From: Paraphysomonas bandaiensis
Taxonomy: Eukaryota > Protista > Chrysophyceae
Direction: 5' to 3'
Length of the DNA stretch: 64,000 bases
Assembly (NCBI GenBank): GCA_965644295.1
Contig: CBFFRP010000295.1
Location: 143,858-207,857, forward strand
Shown here: one piece after another, positions 43,081 through 53,031 of the stretch
Numbering within the stretch: position 1 is the first letter of the stretch
Layout: each line of letters begins with the position of its first letter
Notes under the pieces: model-generated
Databases searched by the model: none
What the model was told of the DNA's origin: nothing
What the model saw: only the letters and a program-made list of their open reading frames with translations
Translations under genes and position numbers: made by a program

Positions 43081-43922
43081 TTTAACAGTCGTAAGCATAA
43101 AGCTACTTGTTGCACGACACCCCACAACTACGTCGACGTTTTTCAAGACCTTCAATATTCTGTTCGGACGAAACCTATCTTCTAACTTAATTATGATATT
43201 AATTTGACAGTCCTTATTTGTACGTGATTTATTTTATTTTTTATTACGCAAATAAAGGGAAATCACAATGAAGACTAATAACCTCTAAAAATCAGATCAC
43301 CAAACACTCCAAGTTATATTTTCTATTATTATCCATTTCTGACCTATAGAAGATCATAATGATGTCAGTGCAAGTAATCTATTTTAATAATCAGGCCTTA
43401 GAAATAGTGCTTAAAGTGTAATATTACAGAATATTGCTACATCTGATACTGCTATTAAGATTCATTGATTCACTTATATCTCTTAACGCGTGAATACAAC
43501 ACGATAATACTTTATACAATGAAATAATATTATTTGACTCAGTAATTACCAGATTATATTATAATATCACAAGATACGAGACTGTACTAGATACGCTGAT
43601 GAGCTCTATTTAACAATATCTTGCTATTTTACTATTAGGCTTAATGGCAGAGGTTAAGAGTGATGTAAAAAATGTGATGGTGATGCCGCCGGTAACATCT
43701 ATACATACGTCATCACCATTATTTATGCACGAGTTTCAACACCTCACAATTGCTATTCCCTCAGTAGAAATATATATTTGTTGAAGCTGTTATAGAATTC
43801 GGGTGCCAAGTGCTTAGAGTTAATCTACTAGTGAAATTGCTATTCCCTAAAATCAGCATACAGCAGTATACGTGTATACATCATTGATATTAAACTATAT
43901 GTGTTTTCACTTGTTTCTTACA

Positions 43923-44446
43923 TATTGAAAGTGTTATTATTAGCAATAGGCGTTAAAGCCCTGCACCAACTTAGTAGCTAGATGAATGCTAGACAAACTA
44001 TTTAGACCTCGACCTGTAACTAATCAGTACACACTTTTTTTATCCTACTACTGAACGCAACGGAAGCTGCTTGTGCGTCGCCGCAAGCACCAAGGTGCGA
44101 CCACTTCCGCTCTGAGTTCTTAAGGTGAACATCCCGGATGCTTGACTTCAGCAGGCAGCCCAATACCCCGGTAACCCTTCAGGTGGGCCCTGTCCCGGAT
44201 GCCCTTGAGGTGGGCCCATTCCCCGATGCCTGTTTATTCGTCAGGGTCCAAAGACGTCTACAGAAGTGACACTTATTGGTGTCCCTTGTACCTTGTACCA
44301 CACACCACACAAGCATTCGGCTATAAGTAGGCAGAAGAACATCTGCTGACTATGTTTGCGGCTCACGTTAGTTTCCCAGAGAAAATCTCTCCGGTACTTT
44401 TCCCCAGAAAACCACGAAAAGGTGCGAGTCCGACTTTGTTGAGGGG
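43923..44446 (-). mobile_element. Full-length copy of the SINE-like family
   Basis: Same ends as 1187-1669 (TATTGAAAGT.TTATTATTAGCAATAGGCG ... GAGTCCGACTTTGTTGAGGGG); no clear TSD. Confidence 0.8.
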
Positions 44447-46889
44447 TGTGACTATATAATATTAATCACGGAGAATTTATTTCTTCTTACAGCAAGCAAG
44501 CTACGAATTAAATAGCTTTACAACTTGTATACTTGGTTTTCAGCACCATGAGGATAAGCTACAATATAATCTAAAGTTGATATATATGACGATCAAAAAC
44601 TGGTGAACCGTCAAAATATGGTGCAATTTTGAAAATGTCGATTTAAGTTGCGTTTTATGCATTTTGCAATAAATAATACAGTAAAGAGAACATGTTTTTA
44701 GAGACATTTAATAAGCTTTATATTAGAATGGATAAGGAGTATTGTCCCTTGTTGTTTTCAGACTGGGTTTTTTTGCCGTCGTTTCAAAACTTTGAACACG
44801 GGACTATATATAATATAGCCTCCATATTATTACCAGTGGTTAAATACAACTCTATCATTCCCATTTGGTCTCAAAAAAAGGTTATAGACCTGAATTGGGT
44901 TCACAACAACAGAACGCTCATATTAGCACCTGGCCAATATAGACAATCAACTTCAATATTCGGTTCGAACAGAAGCTGAACTCTCTTCTGTGCTTCTCAT
45001 GAGTCACACCACGCAAAAATCGTAAATATATGCCTGCAAGTCTGATCATCAGCCCCTCGTGATACAATATTGCTGTTGAGCGGTCCATCTGGATCAACAT
45101 GTTCACGAACCCAGTACTACTTGATCTCTATGCGTTTCGAACGCTTGAGCTTTCAATGCTATTGCGAGCACTCTGGTTATCCAAGAAAAATGGAATGAGT
45201 TTGCGCAACGAAGTCCTAATTCGGACAACACCCTCCGAAGTCACATCCGCTCCTGCATGGCAGTGTAATGTGCTTGGTACTTGCCAAAGGTGAGTGGTAC
45301 ATATGCGCAGCAAACACAATTTATCCAGTAACACAACAACATCTCCAGCCCAATTTGCATCCGAAAGAATATGTAAGCCGAAGCTTTTTCCACTTTTTAC
45401 CAGATCCCCTTTTCCGCAGTGTGTATATGACATACATATTGCAGCAGGTGAGTCATTATTAATGTACATACTGACATTAATATAAATATGAACTAACACA
45501 ACTTCTGATTCCCCATCAATATCATTTGCACCGTCATCGACACAATCGGAAAATATGGTACTGAACCACCCTTCGCACACTCCATGATCATTCACTCGAA
45601 CTACGTACGATTGGATATCATTATGATAATCAGAGAACAATTTACTAACACACAAGAAGGAAGCAGATGCAATATGCACAGCTACATTTTTATCATCGTT
45701 ATATAGAGGGCCTTTTCGGTGAAGTTTTAATCACTAACTAAATAACGTATCTTCCGTGCCAGTCAACACTGCAACGTTCAGTTAATTAAGTTCAACTATT
45801 CACAATGTCTAAACTTGGTGAGTTTCAATTACCATATCGTAAAGGTTCAATGATTCTTGGGATTAATAGTTTATTCACATTGCGTATTATTACAATAATT
45901 ACCATGTTTCCGCATTCGATACAACAAGGTTACTTCAATAGATATACAGATGCTTCTCATTCTTCGCCGATGGCTACAATTCAAAATATTAAACAATTAC
46001 AGCACTTAATAGCGCAACCATATGCAAAACTCTACATTCCCACTCAACTCAGTGCTGTTAGTTAATCCAGAGACACAACTGACTAGTGAGCAATCACCAA
46101 AAACCAAACTGGTTGGCGTATGACAGATATTTCACAATAATTTCACGCTCATGTACGTCGTTTGGACTAATTTATATCTTGATTGGCTTCCAACCTTTCT
46201 GACTCTCTCCTGGACACCATCTCGAGCCTCTCATATATAACTCCACGTAATGATTTTGCATATCATAAACGTGTCATATCGAATCTGTCTGCACAGAAAC
46301 GTGCCCCTCTTCTGATGGTACCCCTGAAATGCTGTAGCAAGGAAGTCATTAGCTTGCAACTATCCAGAGCCAGCTTAGCAGCATGAAAATATCAGGCCCG
46401 GTATTCAACGAGTAGAAGATCATTCCACCTTCTGTAGGTCACATGCACTTGTCCCCCCTATAAGGTACATCGCAGTACGCTTTAATCACGGGGAACATCC
46501 TTCGGTGGGATTATCTGGCTGGGTCTAATCGAACTGCCGGTTCTGTGCGGTTTATAGCAAACAAGGTCAAAAAGCAAAAAGGTAATACAATGCCAAAAAT
46601 CCCTGATTTTGAACAGTCTGTTCAAAGTTTCCACATTTTTTACTGTCATCATGAACTCTGTATACCCTGTATATACAATATACATACAGTACGCAATCGT
46701 GTGTATGGGTGGCCATCATTCTGACCTCATGGCCTCAGCAGGTTCTTGACATGAGCTACCAGCTTCATCAGTTCAAACCTCAGTGTACACTCTTTATTGG
46801 CAGCGGATACACACCTTCGTTCCAGTATTTTCTGTCAGTTACGAAGTCTGCGTCCAATAGATCTTTACGAGTTCGTTTAATCCTCTGCT

Positions 46890-48878
46890 ATGCTTGACAA
46901 ATCCAAGAAACGGAGGAGACATGGTAAATCATCTCTGCTATTGAGCACGCTTAAACTGATGATTGATTCGTAAACAGTATCGGATCAGGAGAGAAATCTT
47001 GAAGATTTAGTATTTGGTAAGAGTGTAGTTGTGGATGGTGACAGCGGAAAGACCAAAACGAAGAGCAGCGCAGAGGTGAGCTCATCAAGTGAATAGGATT
47101 ATTCGTAAAACCTTTCAGGCTATCTGCGATTCTGATCGCGCTTCTCATACGCAGCCAAGTGCATGGATAGATGAGGATGACGAGAAGTTAGATATAGATT
47201 TGAATAACACATCACGTCTCAGAAAGCTTCGAAAAAGTGACTCTAGCGTCGTATCAGGGTCGGCATTTACAACACTTCTGAAGGAAAGGTATGTTTAACA
47301 TTATTCTTATTGCAACTGTGTACACCGCCTTGATATATGTAGCGTGTGTATTCCGAATACAACGACGTGGTTGCGTAAGTTTTGTATTCACATTTGCTAT
47401 CATAGGTTCCAGACGAGAGAGATGGCTTGGGCTTCTGCTGATACTACTACTGATACCGATGTCCAGGAGGACTCAGAATTAGCTAGTCTATTGGCAACCA
47501 GTGGGGGTATGCTAGCAGGAAAGAAAACATCAACTTTATGTTCTGGCAGACTGGATATAAAGCGTCTCGTTGACGCCAATGCTGCTGGCCCCAGCAATAA
47601 AGGGATCAACGGTAATGCTGTAGTAGTTCTGGCATAGCTAACGCAGTGAACATGGTTTATTTAGCTGTGCGTTTCCACCCAAACGGATCTCTCTTGCTCA
47701 CTGCTGGTGAGGATAAGTACCTGCGTTTTTTTCGTATTGACGGGGAAAAAAATGAGATGCGACTCAGTGAGTACATGATAATCGATGTAGTATTTTTGAT
47801 TTGGAAACTCAGGTGTGCGATTTAATGACATGGCGATTAAGAACGCTCACTTTGTGGGAGGAAGCAGTGACGGAGAGGTGATACTCGGTGGTAGAAAGCC
47901 TTATTTCTACTCTTATGACACCGGGTCTGGCACGGTCGTGAAGATACCCGGTAGTTGAAAGTGGTGTTATTTGGGAGGTCTGACAGTATTCGCAGGGTGT
48001 ATGGGTAAGAATATCAAAAGTCACGAAATTTTAGCAGTGTCTCCTAATGGCGGAGATGGGGGATGGTTAGCGGTGGCTGGACAGGCTGGGTATGTGCATC
48101 TGCTGTCTGCACGAGAGAAGACTGTGGCTGGGGATGTAAAGATATCCCGGGGCGGAGGTGTGCGGGCACTATGCTTCTTGGACCCAAACATACTGTGTGC
48201 CTCTGGTGGAGGGGCGGAGGTATACCTCTGGGATCTCAGAATGATGGGAAGTGGAGGAGGGAGTCGACTTCTTCAAAGGTAGGTTTCAGATGTGATTTCG
48301 TTGGTTATCACTCGTGATCACTGTGAGTAGGATCTCTCATGATGACGGCACGTATACTTCCTCCCTGGCATGTACCCCACAAAGCAATCCAGGAGCACAT
48401 AAGTACACAGCAGTTGGTGCAGAGTCTGGTGTTGTGTCAATCTATGATATGGAGGGAGCTTCGACAGGATTTCAACATCAACACCCCTCAAAATTAAAGA
48501 CAATAATGAACTTGACACTTAAGATCACAGCACTATCAATACACCCTTCGGGAGAATTAATGGCAATGGCATCTGATCATGTATGTATCTGAATAAGCTT
48601 GTGGGTTTGTAATATTATTTAATAGAAAAAAGACCACATGAAGATGGTGCACCTGCCATCCTGTTCGGTATTCAGCAATTGGCCAACTGAGCGTACGCCA
48701 CTTGGCCGAGTAAAATGTCTTGATTTTAGTCCAGGTGATTTTTGTCATACTATGTTTGCCAGAAGTATACCGGATAAGAATATCATGATTCTGTGTTGTA
48801 GGAGGTGCTTATCTCGCACAAGGTGATCACCGAGGGAAGGTTATGCTCTATAGGCTTAATCATTACTCAGAGGCATAG
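46890..48878 (+). CDS. UTP18: U3 snoRNA-associated protein 18 (WD40), multi-exon
   Basis: Spliced MLDKSKKRRRH-VSDQERNLEDLVFG, AWIDEDD, RLRKLRK, RLVDAN, FHPNGSLLLTAG, GRKPYFYSYD, VFSNWPT..TPLGRV.CLDFSP and C-terminal GKVMLYRLNHYSEA*. Confidence 0.92.
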
Positions 48879-49301
48879 TTAGAAAATAGTCAAGATTGTA
48901 TCTAGACGGCTTCATATAATAAATACTTCATAACTATTATAGTAATTCATGATATATATAAAATAGTAATTATATTCTGCTGAATAGATATTATGGTTAG
49001 GGTTATGGTTCTCTAAGATAGTACTGTAGAATACGTTAAATACAATGTGAAAAACAGTAATACGTAGTCAAAGATATTATATAGCTATAACTGTGAAACT
49101 GAAATAATGTATCATGGCAATCTAATATACGGAAGTTGAGCAGTGGTTGATATGAACAAAATCAATTATCATGTTGTTGACCATACACAGACTACACCTT
49201 ACAGTGGTTAACTACTAGACGTATGTATGTATGTCTTACATGACAACACAAACAATTGTGTATGCAATTGTAATAAAGAGTCTATCAAGTTTAATTTCTA
49301 C

Positions 49302-50091
49302 CAGGGCTGCGTAACAATTAATTGAATTGCAATTAAATTGCATGGAACATACGTAATAATTGCAATTATAATTGCTCGCTGTAAGGTTGCAATTAAATTG
49401 CAATTAATTGGCAATTATTAACTATATAGTATAAGAGCATATTATAATATTAGAATTAGAAGTTGCAAAACATTAAGGACGATGGCCATTTATTGCCCTT
49501 AATGGCTATTACAATGGCAATTACAATAGTGGGAAGCTTGGCCTCTCATTATAACGTTTTCTTTACATTAAGAAAGGTACTGTTTTTTATAACGGTCGAT
49601 TATGTGTCTTTCCTCTTGATTTTGAGCTACAGAACTTAGTTCACTTAGTTCAGCTCGATCCATAGTGTATATGTATATTGCTCAATACCCCTCTAGTTGA
49701 AGATATATATAGTGTGGCAATCATGTTCTTCCGAGCTTGGATGCCTTACAGGACACTGCAGGGTTAAATAGCACTACGAACTGGATGTGCAGCGCTATGG
49801 ACATGGATTATCAGGACTTTCTACTGTTTTTTGCAGACGAAAACATGGATATTTAGAGTTTTGACCATGTAAATATCATACTCTGTCAATAATATCATAA
49901 TACTCTTGAAGATGCTATACATGTTTGCAATGAGTAACCAAGTTAATTAGACAATAATTGGCACGATTAAATTGCAATTAATTGCAATAATTGCAATTAT
50001 AATTGCGCGAGCTATAACTGTACTAATAATTGCAATTTAATTTCAAAAAAACATTTGCAATTAAATTGCAATTAATTGTTACGCAGCCCTG
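49302..50091 (+). mobile_element. Intact hAT-superfamily MITE (790 bp) with 8-bp TSD
   Basis: Perfect 23-bp TIR CAGGGCTGCGTAACAATTAATTG / CAATTAATTGTTACGCAGCCCTG. ATTTCTAC is duplicated at 49294-49301 and 50092-50099; many subterminal ATTGCAATT motifs. Confidence 0.93.
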
Positions 50092-50810
50092 ATTTCTACA
50101 AACCTTTCTTAACGATCAAAACTGTTAAAATGACCAATAGTCAATATAAAAACGGTAAAAAATTCAATTTTTACGATAAAATCGAAGATTGGTGAAAGAC
50201 AATATATAGGGATATATTATTCAACCTAGTCAATTTGGTGGAATTTCCTAGTCACACCAAAATTGGTGTAAAAACCAAGTCAAAGCCATAAGTGACTCAA
50301 CCTCGCCAATTATAGTATTAAACCTCTATTCGTTCTTATATCCATTGATCACACATTGCGACTGTCTAAGATACGTGCACACACCACACAACTTATTGAT
50401 GGCTCGTAGAGCATCAGAAAAAACATAACAATTTATTCATATCTACATATCTACATAACAGTGTATGTGTATGTATATGCAGCAAATCTGTATAGCTTAT
50501 TAGTGTACGATGGGTCTCCTATCAGTGTTATGAGGAAGAGGAGTGGTCAGTGTAGCTGTGCTGTGGACATACCCCCATGAATATACGTAGACAGACACCT
50601 GGAGATCTTCATACGCTATGAGTGAGATCGCTTACCTTCCTTCAGCGACTTGCTTGTTGAATGAGCGACTGCTTTGACTTCCAGGAGGGCATGAATACCC
50701 CATGTTTCTAGACCGATTAAGAAAAGAGAGGGGGTTTCATGTCAAAGTCAGTGTATTCGTAAAAACAACATCACTGAGATGGACTGCCTTTTTCAAGGAG
50801 CAGATCAAAA

Positions 50811-50873
50811 TATATTGATATACGGGGACTCTGTGACACTTTAGTGTCACATAGTTCCCCGTATATCAATATA
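50811..50873. other. 63-bp near-perfect palindrome/hairpin at the left end of the viral element
   Basis: TATATTGATATACGGGGA-CTCTGTGACACT / TT / AGTGTCACATAGTTCCCCGTATATCAATATA, with 1 mismatch and 1 bulge. Confidence 0.9.
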
Positions 50874-51198
50874 GACCCCTTCCATCAATTTATAGGCGAT
50901 AGCACTTACTGAAAATTGGTGGGAGCACATACCGAAAGAAGGGTGGTTCAGTCAAAGGTTTTGGCAAGTGTCAACAACTGCAAAGCGTTTTTCGAAGTCG
51001 ATTTCTAAGGTCCCTCACTTGTGAAATTAACCGACAATGAATAATCCGTGGGTGTGAATCCGCGTGACGTACGAGTGTCACAGAATCCCCTACCATAATT
51101 TGTGTGGGTGACACAGAATCCCAAGATCACAATTTGCCCGGAAAATAAATTCGTTTAATTTCCTCGGATTATTTTCTTAACTATAATAAAAACAAAAG

Positions 51199-51558
51199 AT
51201 GGAAAATTTCATTGTGTACAAAATTACCGGAAAGCATACAAATAAAACATATTATGGAAAAACAATGCTACCTGTAGAAGAACGCCTTTCCCTTCATCTA
51301 TCATCTTATAGACACCACAAAGAGACATATTGTTCATCTCCCTATCTCCCAGTTTTTGATATAATTCGAGAAAATAATAATAGCGATATTAAAATTACAA
51401 CATTAACACCTGGTCCAACTAATTATTTCAATGCAACAGCAATCGAGAAACACTATATTGAACAAGATAAAAACTGTTGTAATAAAAATGGATCAGATTA
51501 TACCGTGGAGGAATATCTGATTGAATATTCAGAAAAACACAGTGAAATTAATAAATGA
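51199..51558 (+). CDS. GIY-YIG endonuclease-like protein, copy 1
   Basis: IVYKIT...TYYGKT, ERLSLH (Arg), IEKHYI (Glu), CCN (Asn). Confidence 0.82.
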   Translation: MENFIVYKITGKHTNKTYYGKTMLPVEERLSLHLSSYRHHKETYCSSPYLPVFDIIRENNNSDIKITTLTPGPTNYFNATAIEKHYIEQDKNCCNKNGSDYTVEEYLIEYSEKHSEINK

Positions 51559-51626
51559 AACGTGAGAAATATACCCGGAAAATAAATTCAGATTATTTTT
51601 TCTTTTAACTATAATAAAAACAAAAT

Positions 51627-52046
51627 ATGAACAATTTCATTGTGTACAAAATTACCGGAAAGCATACAAATAAAACATATTATGGAAAAACATCGCTACC
51701 TGTAAAAAAGCGTCTTTCCCTTCATCTATCAGCATATAGATTTTACAAAGAGTCATATGGTTTATCTTCTTATTTCTCAGTTTTTGATATATTTCGAGAA
51801 AGCAATGATCTTAAAAGCGATATTGAAATTACAATATTAACACCTGGTTTAAGTAATTACAATGCAGCAGCAATCGAGGATCACTATATTCAGCGAGATA
51901 AAAACTGTTGTAATAAAAATAGATCAGGTTTTACCACGAGCAACATGAAGGAATATCAAAAAGATTATTGGGAAAAACATAAAAATAAAATTAATAAAAT
52001 GAGACGTGAGAAATATGCTCAAAATAAAAAATCTTGTGTACATTAA
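51627..52046 (+). CDS. GIY-YIG endonuclease-like protein, copy 2
   Basis: Paralogue of 51199-51558 with the same motifs plus a basic tail KEYQKDYWEKHKNKINKMRREKY. Confidence 0.82.
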   Translation: MNNFIVYKITGKHTNKTYYGKTSLPVKKRLSLHLSAYRFYKESYGLSSYFSVFDIFRESNDLKSDIEITILTPGLSNYNAAAIEDHYIQRDKNCCNKNRSGFTTSNMKEYQKDYWEKHKNKINKMRREKYAQNKKSCVH

Positions 52047-52050
52047 AAAC

Positions 52051-52326
52051 ATGGAAAATAAAAAACGCGGACGTCCCATAAAATATAACTCCGAAGAAGA
52101 GCGAAAGCAAGCAAAGCGGATACAAGATCAACTTTCATATAAACGAAGAAAATCACAACAGAATGAAATTTTAGAAATATTATCTAATGATGGATCATCA
52201 TCATCGATTTATGAACCCTCGGAAACTGAAACACCAGTGTACACAAATACAGAAATCAGTCAAGAAGAGATAAAAATTGAAATTTACTCGGATAATTTTA
52301 ATTTGTGTTTGAATATAAAGAAATAA
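52051..52326 (+). CDS. Small viral protein with AT-hook-like KKRGRP motif
   Basis: Likely start MENKKRGRPIKYNSEEERKQAKR at 52051, just after the GIY-YIG stop; acidic C-terminal half. Confidence 0.6.
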   Translation: MENKKRGRPIKYNSEEERKQAKRIQDQLSYKRRKSQQNEILEILSNDGSSSSIYEPSETETPVYTNTEISQEEIKIEIYSDNFNLCLNIKK

Positions 52327-52351
52327 ATATTAGGTATATTAAAAAGAAAAA

Positions 52352-52660
52352 ATGTCTGAATCCTCCATCAACACCAACAACCTAACAACTCTCCCACAAA
52401 CTGAGGAAGAATGGCGTAGAGCGATGACTGAATATGAACAAGCCAACGATTTGTTACCCCTCCCACGAACTCTTGAAGAAGCGTATATGCTACACGAAGC
52501 CTCTGAAAATGATTACAGTAATCTTATTGATGATTATGAAGATTACTTGAATGGATATGATGATGACTTCGATGAATCTGAGGTATCCGACGATGAAGAA
52601 TTCCCACCTCGTGAAAATTCCCCGGTGTCAATTATAGATCATCCAAATCTTTTAGATTAA
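52352..52660 (+). CDS. Small highly acidic viral protein (102 aa)
   Basis: D/E-rich, no lysine; preceded by the shared AT-rich upstream motif. Confidence 0.6.
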   Translation: MSESSINTNNLTTLPQTEEEWRRAMTEYEQANDLLPLPRTLEEAYMLHEASENDYSNLIDDYEDYLNGYDDDFDESEVSDDEEFPPRENSPVSIIDHPNLLD

Positions 52661-52706
52661 TAAAAGAGTATAAAGAAAATAAAATATTAGTTATATTAAA
52701 TAAAAA

Positions 52707-52904
52707 ATGTCTTATTTTTATGAAGATGAGTGGAACACATCCTCCGATGATGAATGGAATAATTATGAAGATTACATTGGGTTTAGAATAACTGATTCAC
52801 CACCACCACCACCACAAAAACGTAAACGAGCAACTAAAAACACTCGGAAGAATAAACAACATCAAACAAACAAAGATCAAAAACACCCAGATGATCAAAG
52901 TTAA
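52707..52904 (+). CDS. Small viral protein, acidic/aromatic N-terminus then poly-Pro and NLS-like basic tail (65 aa)
   Basis: YEDEWNTSSDDEWNNYEDY-PPPPP-KRKR; same upstream motif as the 52352 ORF. Confidence 0.5.
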   Translation: MSYFYEDEWNTSSDDEWNNYEDYIGFRITDSPPPPPQKRKRATKNTRKNKQHQTNKDQKHPDDQS

Positions 52905-52920
52905 AAAATAATTTATAATA

Positions 52921-52986
52921 TAAAAAGAGTATAAAGAAATAAATCTTGTATAGAATAAAAAGAGTATAAAGAAATAAATCTTGTAT
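52921..52986 (+). promoter_or_regulatory. Duplicated AT-rich motif upstream of pPolB (candidate viral promoter)
   Basis: TAAAAAGAGTATAAAGAAATAAATCTTGTATA occurs twice. Related TATAAAGAAA(A)TAAA motifs precede the 52352 and 52707 ORFs. Confidence 0.45.
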
Positions 52987-53031
52987 AAAATAAGAACAAG
53001 TTAATAAAATCATTTGTAATAATAAGATCAT

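Noticed and set aside
44100-44260. Hammerhead or HDV ribozyme in the SINE-like repeat
   Set aside because: CTGACGA appears on the minus strand in only one copy and no properly placed GAAA or stems could be built by eye; left as a computational check.
44970-46850. Possible spliced gene(s) between the repeats and UTP18 (ORF 45128-45679 and minus-strand fragments)
   Set aside because: Splice-like signals exist, but no consistent reading frame or recognisable domain could be assembled.
50560-50735. Host exon disrupted by the viral insertion, or AGAGAG as the Polinton terminus
   Set aside because: A minus-strand GTAAG donor and a short frame exist but are uninformative. The terminus cannot be verified without the right end and TSD.
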